NCBI GenBank assembly: GCA_951406725.2 | Contig: OX597818.1 | Location: 111,104,001 to 111,168,000, forward strand | Direction of reading: 5' to 3' | Length of the DNA: 64,000 bases | From: Octopus vulgaris | Taxonomy: Eukaryota | Shown here: piece by piece, positions 13,804-26,606 of the stretch | How positions within the stretch are numbered: position 1 is the stretch's first letter | How the letters are laid out: each line of letters begins with the position of its first letter | The notes under the pieces: generated by a model | Database searches by the model: none | The model's input: the letters and a program-made list of their open reading frames with translations, nothing else | What the model was told of the DNA's origin: nothing | Translations under genes and position numbers: made by a program

Positions 13804-15377
13804 CTACAAAAGCAAAAAACATTTTCATGAAAGAGCACCATTATAGATTCATATACGTATTAAAAAAGTTTCCATGTGTCTTAAACTAGCCATGTTGATG
13901 GCACTTGCAAACCTGCAGACATTATCGAGAACTAGTAATGCTCCTTGGTAAAAATGCTATGTCAAAGATTACAGGTACTTTTCAAATATCCCTGGGTTAA
14001 AAGTTCTCAAGAACAGAGCACTTAGTTTGTTGCCATTGGTATCCAGAGATTCCTTGAAGAATGTCATCAATTTACCCTGCAACTAGTTCGTTAGTTCTCT
14101 ATAAATTACCAATGTAAAAATTCCACCAGTTGCATTATTCAACAGGTGGGTGGCTGTGAGCATTTGACAACATTCCTGATGCCAGAACTGCAGCATTGTC
14201 CAAGAGATGAGCTGTAAAAAGGTTTGCTTGACAAAAGGCATCAAAGCTTGCACAATGCAAGTGAATCTCTGTAAATGTTTTGGTCTCAGCACACATCAAC
14301 AGCCATTGGATGTTGGGAACTTGCACAGAGGATGTCAGCAGCAGATAAATTACCTGACACAGTAAACATTCCTTCATGATAAAGCAAATAAGGGTATGCA
14401 AGAATTGCACAGTAAAATATTTTGTATAACATTTACTTGTGTGGCATTATTAGTGAATGAACAAAAAATATTTACATTAAAAATTATAGAGTTCTATAAA
14501 TGCTTCAAATTCTCTTTAATTACATTAGAAATTCTTATGTAATTAGTGAACATTAACTCAAGTCAATCAACAAAATAGTAATTGAATAAAGAATGATTCT
14601 GCATTATATCTCCTCTTCAACTGAAAATTACCTCCTTTCTGATTTTTATTCATTGTTTTGGTTTTTCCATTCGAGTGACTTGCTTGGACCACCGTAACTC
14701 TTCAACACCAGATGTTGTGATTGAACAATGAGGCATAAACATCTGGTCTGTTCTAGTCCCATTGGTCTTTCTATAGCTGAAATATTTCAGCTGTGTAAAC
14801 CATGACAACAGATGATACTAATAGTTCACTAACCGAATTGGTTGATTTTGGCCATTGACAGTTTGCTATCTGTTCATCCATTCAACATCTAGTCATAGTT
14901 GCCATTAATTCAATAAGCTCATCTGCCGAAATAGTTCACATCCATGATTTTAACATACCATAGCTTGTGTGGTTACATACTACTTCTCCTCTTGCTGGGA
15001 CTCCGCCAGGTGCTACAGATCCAGATCAGAGTAGACTTGGAAACAATAATGGCTAAGAGGGGGTTTCACACTCCTCATAACCTTGAAACTTCTGAACCAG
15101 AGTTCCACAATTTGACACAGTTTATAGTTGAAACCAAGATTTTTAGTTAAATAAATAAATTTTAAAATGGTGTAAGAAAAAGTTGCATAACTAGGACTTA
15201 CTGAAGTGGAAATACTGAATATACATTTCATTATCTCTCACATCAACATTGTCGTGACCTCTCTTAGTATTTTCTACATATACATCCTAATATTGTTATC
15301 ACATCTATACATCACAGTTTTCTCATATAATTAAAAGCAAAAATTAAATTTAAGAAAGATGTTATAAAATAACTTAC

Positions 15378-15442
15378 AAAGCTTTTGCAAAATCAATCCA
15401 GTCTGGAAACCATTTCAGTTCTTTTTCAAACTTAGACATACC
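15378..15442 (-). CDS. Exon E14 (65 nt, phase 0->2): GMSKFEKELKWFPDWIDFAKA(L)
   Basis: Acceptor cttttctag, donor GTAAGT; paralog of E10/E18. Confidence 0.85.
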
Positions 15443-15724
15443 CTAGAAAAGTTTATAATAAAAGCATTTGTTGTAACTCTATAATAAAAGTAATGAGTTG
15501 ACATTAATAGTTCTATTTTCGATTGCTTTGGACTATTCAATGAAAGTAAACATTATCTGACTTACAGAAACACTTCAGTTGTTTTGCTTCTTGATGCCCA
15601 TAATAACACCAAGTGTGGCATGTAAGATTCAAAAGAAGACAGGGAAGGAATACAAAAATAATTCCAGAATGTATTGTTTCAAACAAATCTATGGTTTACT
15701 AAAACTAAAATGATTTCTAACATT

Positions 15725-16047
15725 AACTGGCACTCTGCTGGTTACAATAATGTTCCAGTTGATCAGGCCAATGGAACAGCCTGCTCATGAAATTAATATG
15801 CAAGTGGCTGAGCACTCCACAGATACATGTAACCTTAACATAGTTTTCAGAGAAATTCAGCATGACATAGAACATGACGAGGTTAGCCCTTTAAAATTCA
15901 GGTACAACTCACTTTTGCCAGCTGAGTGAACTAGAGCAATGTGAAATAAAGTGTCTTGCTCAAGGACATGATGTGCTACTGGGAATCAAACTCATGACCT
16001 TATGATCACGAGCTGAATACCCTAACAACTAAGCCATGCACCTTCAC
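15725..16047 (-). mobile_element. tRNA-derived SINE (family 3); another copy at ~48420-48745 (+) and a head at 63930-64000
   Basis: Minus-strand head aggtgcatggcttagttgttagggtattc...gagtttgattccc; shared body gtggagtgctcagccacttgca...aatttcatgagcagg. Confidence 0.7.
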
Positions 16048-16997
16048 TATTTCTGACATAGGTGTCTAACTACAAACTTTGCCGGTGTGATGTAGTCTAT
16101 GCATTTTAAGAAGGGGAGAAGAAAATGTTGTTATTGCTGAGAGAGAAATACAGTGAGATAGCAAGAGTGTGTGTGAAAGATAGATAGACAGGTAGAGTTG
16201 TCAACATAGTAACTAACAAGTTTTGATTAAAATGCAGGAATTTTAAATACAAGTCATTCAAAGAAATCAACACAAACTTAAAAGCAAACAAAACTTTCAC
16301 TATATAAAAATATCGATAGTTATTCTTTTGATTGCTTGTGTGTGTGTGAAAGACAAATAGAGAGGTAGAGTGTTGTTACCATAATAACTAACAAGACTTT
16401 CCCTATATATAAGTTTACTATTAAAGGGTGGTGCATGCATGATTAACAAATATTTTCACTGGCTGCATAGTAATGTGTAAAGACCTAGTATTTTACAAAC
16501 CTTGGAAGGATGAAAGGGATAACTGACCCCCATAGCATTTGAAATCAGACTTTAAAGGGAAAAGGGATGTAAATGGTCTGCAAGTAAACAATGACATCCG
16601 AAATAATAAAATTGAATAGGACTCATTAAAGAAACGATGAAAATCTTTCTCTTTGATTAACTTCAACCAAGAAATCAGTTTCTCTTTCATTTAACAAAGT
16701 CAACAGCCATAGCAATAATAGACGCAAAAAGCAGAAGATGATTGCTGCTGTGGTTACATCTGTCATAACTAGTTGTACTGTTAATATTTACCTTCCCTCC
16801 AAACAAATATCTGGTAAACTTAAAACAAATGTTAAGGGCTCTGGCTGGATGAGATAAAATAGATGAGAGATAATTAATCTGTGGATAGGATACTTGTCTG
16901 TTTCAACTCACATTAACAGAGGATTTACTAACTTATTTCCAACAGCTACACAAACTCAATATGTTACCTTGTACATAAATAAAAAGTAAAGACTAAC

Positions 16998-17034
16998 CGA
17001 GGGGTGTGTTTTAAAACATTGTTTTGCTGTTTTC
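16998..17034 (-). CDS. Micro-exon E13 (37 nt, phase 2->0): KTAKQCFKTHPS
   Basis: Acceptor tttcttttgcag, donor GTTAGT; paralog of E17/E21. Confidence 0.85.
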
Positions 17035-18509
17035 CTGCAAAAGAAATAAAGAAACACATCATCATCATCATCATATTTACATCTTTAGACAAAAATAAAC
17101 ATCATAAGATTATAACATTTTGTACAATTGATTTCATTTTTAGACATGAACTCTTTTTTAATATTTGAACCTAGATTTGAACTTCATTTCAATTACTTTA
17201 ATCTCAGAACTTCATTAGGAGTTTTATTCTTGGCTATTAATATTTATCTCTCAGCAAAGACAGAAATACTGGTTTCAAATTTTGACACAAGGCCTGCAAT
17301 TTCGGGGGAGGGGTAAGTCAATTACATCAACTCTATTGATCAACTGGTACTTATTTTATTGACCTTGAATGGATGAAAGGCAAAGTTAACCTTGGCAGAA
17401 TTTCTACTCAGGAAGCGAAGATGGACAAAATGCCGCAGAGTACTTTGCCTGGCATAGTAACAATTCTGCCAGCTCACCACCATAGCAAACACAGAAATAT
17501 TGAACTGAAGTCACTACTGGCCTTACTAATTACATTATTGGTAAGACGTATATGTCCTGATTCTTTGATTCTCATGAGTTTCCCACTTTGGAATTACGAA
17601 ATCTTCATTCTATAGCATTATATTAATTCATTTCTCACTCCATATGTATTAAAATATTTCTTCTATCATTAAGGCTTTTCAATATTCTTCCATCCCAACC
17701 TTTAGAATCTCGCAGTGTTTCATGTACAAGGCCTTCCATAAATGCATGGCATGTTATAAATGCAGTTTTAATGTTCCAACTGCAACAATGCAGATGGAGA
17801 TGCATAAAAAATATTTTCATCTCAAAAGATGAAGTTAATAATCTGAAAAACTTATAATCACATCTGCAATAACTCATCTCAAACATTTACATATTTAAGA
17901 AACATTATTCTCAAATTAAAAATACAGCCTTTCTCATTTACAAAACAAACAAAGGAACAAAGAAATAAACAAAACATGTTATTGTGAATTTGTTTAGTTC
18001 AGTAGAATTTTAGAGTTAAGTAAGAATGAGGCCAGACTGGCGCTTATCTTCTGATGGTCCTTGTGGCATAAAATGAGTCCAGCTCAATAGATGGTCTACA
18101 ATTCGTTGTATATAATTTAAAGTCATTTTATTTGATAATTTTGATGCAATAGTATTTAAACTAATACTCTTTGGTTTAATGACACACTTTAACTATTGTG
18201 TTGGTTTGATATGTTTTGTTACGCTTATGCTACTGAGTTCAAGGAAGTATTTTGCAAATGATGGTGATTTTCATATCTCTTAGTGAATATAACCCACTCC
18301 TACAGCTCGTCCTTTTGCTTTGATTCTGTTATTGCTCTACTCAAATCTTTCAGAGTAAAGATGTCTTCATTAATAGGTCAAGGCGGCAAGCAGGCAGAAT
18401 TGTTATCACGCTTGACAGAATGCTTAGCAGTATTTTGCCCGTTGCTATGTTCTGTGTTCAAATTCCACTGAGGTCAATAAATTAAGTACCAGTGAAACAC
18501 TTGGGTCAC

Positions 18510-18854
18510 TGTATAATCAGTACTCGTAATAAAGTATGATTTTACATTGGAAGCACATCGTTATCTAAAAGAATTTCTATCCATTACTCAACATTTAGGG
18601 ATAGAAATAAACGTAATAGTACCGGTCTCAGCAAACTGATTTGGGATCTAAAAGACCACAATGAACAATTTCATTTAGAATGGTTGATTCTCTCAATCTT
18701 GATACCTTGTGACAAAGGCAAGGAATTCTGTCTTCTCTGCAATTCTGAGCTATTTTTCATTATTTTTTCTAAAAATCCCCTAGTAAACACAGATATAAAG
18801 CGAGCATACAGATGTAAACATTGGCAAAAACACACTTTTAGTGCATATAAGTAG
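18510..18854 (+). pseudogene. GIY-YIG endonuclease C-terminus of a Penelope-like element
   Basis: Translates FYIGSTSLSKRISIHYSTFRDRNKRNSTGLSKLIWDLKD...CLLCNSE...LVN...CKHWQK*, matching PLE GIY-YIG with a C-terminal CxxC..CxH; absent from the ORF track; TGA at 18537. Confidence 0.8.
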
Positions 18855-19059
18855 TCTCTATTATTATATATAATTTAAACTTTAATTTCCTTTATATTTA
18901 ACATTCACTATTAATATCCCTACCCTTTCTGTAAGCTACTTATGACGTTATATCATATAACGTTTTTTTAAACAATATTAATAGTGTTCAGTTAATCACT
19001 GTACAAATCCATCCTTTTTTGCTAAAATGTCTTATTGACAAGTTTCGTTTTTTTCTCAC

Positions 19060-19141
19060 TTTCCTGAAGAGAAGATTGCATTGTTTATACCATTTATTCT
19101 TTTGAATAGTATAAGTGGAATTTTCGAAACATATGTCGAAA
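19060..19141 (+). ncRNA. Minimal type I hammerhead ribozyme in the PLE 3' end
   Basis: Stem I TTTC/GAAA, core CTGAAGA 19064-70, long stem II, GAAA 19126-29, palindromic stem III ACATATGT, GUC triplet ending 19137. Confidence 0.75.
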
Positions 19142-19424
19142 ATAAAAATATTTCCTTTACACCTGCGTTAAACTCCATTTATTTATTCATATGTATATAT
19201 ATATAGATATATATATACATATATCTATATATATATAATAATGCATGCATGCATACATACATACATACATACGTCATTCTAAAAATAAACAATCAAGTCA
19301 TTGAAACATTAAAGTTATGAGATAAAGCATAATTAATTCAAAACAATGTGAATAAATAAGCATTACATTTGACAGGGTAATCTGAATGTTGAAGGGTTAA
19401 ACAAGAAGTTATAAGATTACTTAC

Positions 19425-19486
19425 AAAACTTCATCTTTTGGAATGTATGAACGACCGAACAGTTCATTAAGAAAATTTTCATACTC
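19425..19486 (-). CDS. Exon E12 (62 nt, phase 0->2): EYENFLNELFGRSYIPKDEV(L)
   Basis: Acceptor atatttatag, donor GTAAGT; paralog of E16/E20. Confidence 0.85.
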
Positions 19487-20326
19487 CTATAAATATTCAA
19501 AATGAAAGCATGTATATAGACTTTATAAGAAAATTCATGATTTAACATCTGCAGTTCTATTTTACCATGTAAATGACTCTTCAATCAAACTGGATATTGC
19601 CTCACTTCCTGAAGCAATTGGTTGTTTTGCTTCTCTACATCTACAGTAGCATCAAATTTCAGATATTTCAGGAACATTGGAATAATTCCAGAACAAATTC
19701 TTTCAACCAACTTTGTACTGTAGGAAAATTAAAGTAATCATTTCTAAACACTGCACAAGATCACACATTTTGTAGGAGTCTAGTTATTTGTCCACAAAAC
19801 TCAACTAATAAAGGAATGTGGGTTTAAAACTCACCATTATAAAGTAATGGGTTTGGTTCCTGGACCAACAGATAAATTATGCCCCTGAATAAAACAGTTC
19901 AGTATTATTTTCTTCCAGTCTATTTAGCTGACAATAATCAACAGCTGAGTGGTGCTGGAGCCCTCTCTCAATCCAACTATCATGTCCTCACTGTTGGGTG
20001 AAAGGTAGGATGGTTGAGAAATTATTTGTATTGAATTGTCACTGCATAGACCCGTCAAACACTTAGTGTAGTGAAAGCATAGTTTCATGTTACCAGGTCA
20101 TATTGTGATAGCTATAGAGTTATTTTTGTGGATTATTTTTCTAAATACTTGACTAATAATATTTTCTCAAGCCTGGAAAGGTGAAAAAGAAAATTGACAA
20201 ATATGACATTAGCAGTCAAGAGTACAATTGGTTGTAAGAAAATACAATGTTGCTTATAAGGCAGTGATGTTCATTTCAAACCATCAGATGATGTGAAGAC
20301 AAGGCTACACACAAACACACACACAC

Positions 20327-20330
<4 letters not shown>

Positions 20331-20422
<92 letters not shown>
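20331..20422. repeat. Long (CA)n microsatellite within a minus-strand family-1 SINE (~20280-20580)
   Basis: Uninterrupted CA run. Confidence 0.95.
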
Positions 20423-20425
<3 letters not shown>

Positions 20426-20619
20426 TGCAATGAGATTCTTTCAGTTTCCATCTACCTGATCCACTCACAAGACTTTGATTGGCTAGGGGCTATAGTAGAA
20501 GACACTTGACCAAGATGCAGCACAGAGAGACTGAACTTAAAACCACATGGATAGGAAGCAAGCTTCTGAACCTCACATCCATATCTTTGCCATATGTACT
20601 AAAAATGCACTCAAATTTT

Positions 20620-21260
20620 CTGCTACCAAATTTCAAACATAAAATTTGATTTGATCCCAGGTTAATGTAGAAATAATTACCTTAGGGATTGAGTATCGAG
20701 ATAGAACCTGGAATCACGTGATTGCTAAGTTAACTTCTTAAATGCATATAAATGCTTGTGCTTGCTTTGTGGGTGTAAATGTGGATGGCTTTATTATAAA
20801 TGGGTGGGGTGGGTAGAATGTTCAATTTGAAATCACATGATTCCTCATTCAATCCCATAGCACAGCTCCTTGGACAAGTCTTTTCTACCACAGTTATCGT
20901 TTGACCAAGATCAGAATCAGTAAAGTCCATGCAAAAGAGCTTTCAAAGAGCTTGCTGCTACCAAATTTCATACTAAAATTTCGTTTGACCCCAGGTTTAG
21001 GTAGAAATATTTACTTTAGGGGTTGTGCATTGGGATAGAACCTGGAATCACATGATTGCAAAGTAAACATATTAAATGTATGTCCTCTCTGTGGGTGTGA
21101 AAGTGGATGGCTGTATTTTAAATGGATATGGCCATGGTTGTGTGGATAAGATGTTCAATTTGAAACCACATGATTCCTGATTCAATTCCAATGCACAGCA
21201 CCTTGGACAAGTGTTTTCTACCACAGTAATGATTTGACCAAGTCCTTCTGAGTAGAATCA
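20620..21260. repeat. Local direct duplication, ~335-bp period
   Basis: ctgctaccaaatttca...gatagaacctggaatcac...atgttcaatttgaaa repeated at ~20620 and ~20955. Confidence 0.75.
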
Positions 21261-21326
21261 AGTAGATGCCTGCAAGCTCATCAAACACACACACATGCAT
21301 ACATATACACACACACACACATACAT

Positions 21327-21360
<34 letters not shown>

Positions 21361-21913
21361 GATGAACTTCTTTCAGTTTCCATCAAACCAAATCCTTTCA
21401 TAAGGCATTGACTGGCCTGAAGCTATAGTAAAAGACACTTGTTCAAAGTGCCATGCAATGGGACTGAACCAAGAACCATGTGGTTGGGAAACAAGCTTCT
21501 TACCACACAACCACACCTGAACCTACTGGAAATGGTTTTCATGAAAGGCCAGCTGGTGTATCTGCATAGAAGTGTCCACCTGGCCATACCACCAGTGTTG
21601 TCTATGATAAAGGTATGGGCTGATACAACTTAGGAGTTCTGCTACAAGAGACAAGTAATAAGAACTAATGCTAAGCTTCTAATGTGATGCTTTGACAATC
21701 TTTGTAATCCATTCTCCTGGGATGGTACTACTATTATCAAACAAAAAAGAATGAAAATTAAAGTCATTTTTAAATGTTTAGAACTAAAACAAATACTGCA
21801 AGGCATTCTCTCAGATGCTCAAACTAATTGGTCAATATAATGTCATAGAAATATATAAATAGATAAATAAATGAATAAATAATTAGATAAATAAATAAAG
21901 AGTATCAACTAAC

Positions 21914-21944
21914 CGGTAGATCTTTAAAACGCTCCACTAATATC
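21914..21944 (-). CDS. Micro-exon E11 (31 nt, phase 2->0): ILVERFKDLP
   Basis: Acceptor ttttcttttgcag, donor GTTAGT; positional paralog of E15. Confidence 0.8.
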
Positions 21945-22592
21945 CTGCAAAAGAAAAGAAACATACATCTTCATTGCCCCATCATCAATATCATGAAAAA
22001 GAATTATTATGGTTTTATATACGTATTAAAAAAGTTTCCATGTGTCTTAAACAAGCCATGTTGATGGCACTTGCAAACCTGCAGACATTATCGAGAACTA
22101 GTAATGCTCCTTGGTAAAAATGCTATGTCAAAGATTACTGGTACTTTTCAAATATCACTGGGCTAAAAGTTCTCAAGAACAGAGCACTTAGTTTGTTGCC
22201 ATTGGTATCCAGAGATTCTTTGAAGAATGTCATCAATTTACCCTGCTACTAGTTCGTTAGTTCTCTATAAATTACCAATGTAAAAATTCCACCAGTTGCA
22301 TTATTCAACAGGTGGGTGGCTGTGAGCATTTGACAACATTCCTGATGCCAGAACTGCAGCATTGTCCAAGAGATGAGCTGTGAAAAGGTTTGCTTGACAA
22401 AAGGCATCAAAGCTTGCACAATGCAAGTGAATCTCTGTAAATGTTTTGGTCTCAGCACACATCAACAGCCACTGGATGTTGGGAACTTGCATGGAGGATG
22501 TCAGCAGCAGATAAATTACCTGACACAGAAAACATTCCTTCATGATAAAGCAAATAAGGGTATGCAAGAACTGCACAGTAAAATATTTTGTA

Positions 22593-23430
22593 TTAGCAGT
22601 ATAGCCCGGCACTGCTTGGGATTAAGTTAGGATTATTAAGCTAATCAAGTGCTTTGTTTCAAACCAAACTGAGTAACACTGACGTCAAATTTGAGTGTAA
22701 TCTGTTAAAATTGGTAAATGTTTGGCTGAAAATAGAGTGCAGACAATTTGATTGGGAAATCCATAAGGAATCGTTTTATCGATTTTTCCATACATCGATT
22801 GTTTTTTTTTTTTTGGTGGTGGATTGGAGTAACTTAGGAAAACTCATCAACAGCCTTAACAAAAAAATAAGGGGCCTGGCCCTTCTAGCTTAACTCTATG
22901 AGCAACTTGGCCAAGCACTAATATCAGCTGAGTGAGCATTGTTGTTGGAAAAGTCAGCATTGTCCAATAAAGAAGAGGAAGAGTCCATGAGTCATGCTGC
23001 CATAATTTGAGAATATGCCTGGCCAATGCTTCCGTATCACCTGTTTATAACCATATTGGCTGTAGTGATGACCTGTTCTTCTTTCTACTTCACTATAGAC
23101 AACATTGCATGTTCTGCCCTGTGGAGCATACACAAAAGAGTGTTTCTACTCCCTACACAAGAGCAGGCCACATAAAGTTGCCCATGTGAAAAGCACAGCT
23201 CTCCCAAATTGATGACCACCACCAATAGTGTTTAGCCTTGGGATTTGTTGATGGACATGGCAATCTGCAGATGTTAAACGGTATGTCTGACCCCATGGGA
23301 CAAAGGTGCATCCTTGAAATGAAAACATTTCTCCTCCTCCCATACCCTGTAACAATGGTGGCCTCAATAAAGTGGGGTGTCAGGGACTTGACTAGCAAGC
23401 AGGTCCCATTGCACTGTTTAGGCGGATAAA
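22593..23430 (-). mobile_element. Helitron 3' fragment (PIF1-type helicase C-terminus, terminal hairpin and CTRR)
   Basis: CNGT.LLV..L....IEATIVTG...VFISR..L.P..DIPF, then frameshifted INKSQGQTL...FSHGQLYVACS; ends cccaagcagtgccggg-ctatactg-CTAA. Confidence 0.8.
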
Positions 23431-24114
23431 GCATGTACGCTTTATTTCATTTTAGTTTTATTGAATGATTGTGTAAAATTTTCTAAATAGGATATATTGT
23501 AAGTCTACACACACATACACACATGCACACACAAACACACACTTGCTGTTGTTGTGATGCATGTACTCTTTATCCCATTTGAGTTGTTGTTTTGAGTGGC
23601 AGGAGATAAGTTTCAGCGAACTTGAATAGCATGTTCTGAACTCGTTTCTAATTTTGAAATGCCACATATCAAAAAATGCTTTGAATCACATAGGAAGAAA
23701 AATGGCTACAGCATGAAGTCATCGATTTGCTTCGATCGCCAAGAAAGCAAAAGTACATACAGAGAATTTCATAAACAGAAATAAGTAAATTGTGGCTGAA
23801 AATAGCAGTCAAATAAAGAATTTAAATATTAAAACAAACAGAAATTAAGGAACGAAATATGCTAGTTGCTAATTACATCATTTTGATATAATTAGATTTT
23901 GAAATGTTCCAATAGAAAATACCCATATTTTTAATTGACCACATGTAGGTCATGTGGTATCCAGAATGTGATATGAACTAGAGTACCACGCAACTCTCAG
24001 GTAGGATGTGGGTATCTAACACTACCTATCTGATCCTTGCCTCACATATAATACAATGTTAAAATATTATGCTGCTCATGTCAAAATTAATTAAGATATT
24101 GTATTGGGACCCTA

Positions 24115-24422
24115 GTGGAGGCACATAGCCTAGTGGTTAGAGCAGCAGACTTGTGGTTGAGGGATCACAGGTTCAAATCTCAGACCAGGTAATGTATGTG
24201 TTTATGACAAAACACCTAAGCTCCATGTAGCTCTGGCAGAAGGTAATGGCAAACTTCTGCTGACTCATTTGCCACAACTTCCTCTCACTCTTTGCTCCTG
24301 CATCTAAAAGCTCACCAGCGACGGATCGATATCCCATCCTAGTGGGGAATCTATACACCAATGAAACCAGGAAACTGACCCTTATAAGCCAGGCATGGCT
24401 CGAAAAGGAGCAAACAACAACA
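24115..24422 (+). mobile_element. tRNA-derived SINE family 2, second copy
   Basis: Colinear with 126-435; TSD attgggacccta/attgagacccta at 24103-14 and 24423-34. Confidence 0.85.
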
Positions 24423-24856
24423 ATTGAGACCCTATGATGTTGGCTCAGGAGCCAACATGTTAATCAAAAAAATGAGCGTGTAACAAACCCAGCACTTTAT
24501 CTAGTAAATGAGCATGGCTGAGACTCTTCACAGTTGAGGATTTTATTGAAGATATTTATTCTTTGGACAAAAAGTGACCCTTATGCAGTCAGTGAGTGTG
24601 ATTTGGACAATCAAACTGGTGAAAGTAATGAGGAAAAAGTGATTCAGTTGAACAAATATTGTTGTTGAAAGATAAGGAGATTATTGTTACTCTCCTAAAT
24701 TATTCATAATTCTGTCCATTAGTTTGCCTGCAATCATTACACTTGAACTGTTTATGCAATTATCTATATTTTGCTTAGGAACCCAAGTGGAGAGTAAAGT
24801 TAGACATAGGGGCACAAGTCTGAGAGGGTTAAACAAGATATTATAGAATTACTTAC

Positions 24857-24921
24857 TCGGTTTCAGCTTTTTCAAAACTCTTTGGAGAGTCCTCTAGCAT
24901 CTTTTGAAGACTTCTATATTT
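24857..24921 (-). CDS. Exon E10 (65 nt, phase 0->2): KYRSLQKMLEDSPKSFEKAET(E)
   Basis: Acceptor cttttctag, donor GTAAGT; upstream intron homologous to those of E14 and E18. Confidence 0.85.
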
Positions 24922-25333
24922 CTAGAAAAGTTTACAATAAAAGTATTTGTTGTAACTTTATAATAAAAATAATGATTAGACATTAATAGTTCTATCTTTG
25001 TATTGCTTTGGACTGTTCAATGAAAGTAAACATTATCTGACTTGCAGAAACAATTCAGTTCTTTTACTTTTTGATGTCCATAGTAACATCAAGTGTGACA
25101 AGTATGATTCAGAAGGAATATAAAAATAATTCCAGAACATATTGTTTCAAACAATTCTACAGTTTACTAAAGCTGAAATAATAATTTCTAACAGGTATAT
25201 TATATTGGCAAATTTTGTAGGTGTGACATAGTCTACATATTTGTTTCCAGTATGTGACTAGTACTTATTTTATCATCCTTGGTGGGATAAAAGGTAAAAC
25301 TGACTCCTGTAGGATTTGAAGGGCTAGTATTTA

Positions 25334-26606
25334 TCAGGTCATCCCATAAGTTCTGTCCGAATGTTGAATAAAGAAAACAAGTGATCAAATGTTATATTTA
25401 ATTGAAATTTAATCATCAATGTACTTTTCCTGATTATCTATGACTTCCATCTATTTACAAGCTTTTTAATCCCATCAATGTAAAACTCATTTGGTTTCAA
25501 AGTAAAGAACTCTGAAATGTCAGTTTCAACCTCCTCCTGGCTTGTGAAAGTTATGACCCCCAAATAATTCTGTAAACTATGAAACAAGTGGTAGTCTGAA
25601 GGAGCAAAGTCGGGAGAATAAGGTGGATGAGGAATTTTTTCCCAACCAAGCTCTTCGATCTTCTGTGATGTGATTTTTGCAGTGTGGGGTTGCACATTGT
25701 CCTCATGAAACATCACTCCTTTTCGATTCACTAAAGCGGGTCTTTTTTTACTCAAAGCTTGGTTCAAATGCTCTAATTGCTGACGGTAGACTTGAGCATT
25801 GATTGTTGCATTAGGTGGTAACAATTCAAAGTGAATTACTCCTTTGCAATCCCACCAGATAGAGAGAAGAACCTTTATCCCATGAAGTTCCCTTCTCGGT
25901 TGTGGTTGAGCTTTTTCCCTTTTACCAAGCCACTGTTTACGACATTTAACATTTCGATAGAAGATCCATTTTTCATCACCAGTTACAAGTCTATCTAAAA
26001 AGGGTGAAATAAGTTCGAGAGAATGGAGAGAAGAGCAGATGTCAACTCAGGATTTGTGGTTGCTTTCGGACAATTCATGAGGCACCCATTTTCCAAGTTT
26101 AAGAGCCTTTCCAAGTTGTTGAAGATGACAATGAACAGTTGTATGGTTTGAACTAAGCTTTATTGCCAATTCTACAACTGATAATCCAGGATTTTTTTCA
26201 AGTAGTGCCTCAAGGAGCTTATCATGAAACTCAACTGGACGTCCTGTTCAATCTTCATCTTCCAGGCTGAAATCTCCACTTCTGAATTTTGTGAGCCATC
26301 TTTTGTAAGTTCTTTCATTCAAGCATTCTTTCCCATAAACTGAGTGTTATGTTTCGAGTCGCTTCGGCTGCAGAGTTTCCTTTTTTGTACTCATAAAGCA
26401 TTATGTGCCTCAAATGCTATTTGCATACTTCCATGTTAGAAAAGGTTTTAATCAAAGAAATTTTAAGTCTATTATTCTGTAATTAGTTTAAATGTACACA
26501 AATGCAAAAAAATAATTTTTAATTCCATCAAACATTCTAAAATACTATTAAATTTCATTCAGTTTTAAAAACGCTAAAATCGGACAGAACTTAAGGGTTG
26601 ACCCGA
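25334..26606 (-). mobile_element. Full-length degenerate mariner (DD34D) transposon
   Basis: 27-bp TIRs tcaggtcatcccataagttctgtccga / tcggacagaacttaagggttgacccga, TA TSDs; transposase remnants HEDN..PH, PHPPYSPDFAPSDYHLF; stops and frameshifts. Confidence 0.92.

Noticed and set aside
14083-14410. Near-identical ORFs at 14083-14410 and 22249-22612 (also 1450-1650, 11784-12014, 17373-17615) as conserved genes
   Set aside because: They lie in duplicated intron blocks, partly in SINEs, differ in start or frame between copies and have no recognisable domain; duplication explains the identity
18537-18539. In-frame TGA in the PLE endonuclease as selenocysteine
   Set aside because: Not at an evident conserved Cys position and no SECIS identified; more likely decay
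20271-20468. CVCVCV, HHHH, LLLL and MMMM low-complexity ORFs throughout
   Set aside because: Translations of (CA)n, (CAT)n, (GAT)n and (TTA)n microsatellites
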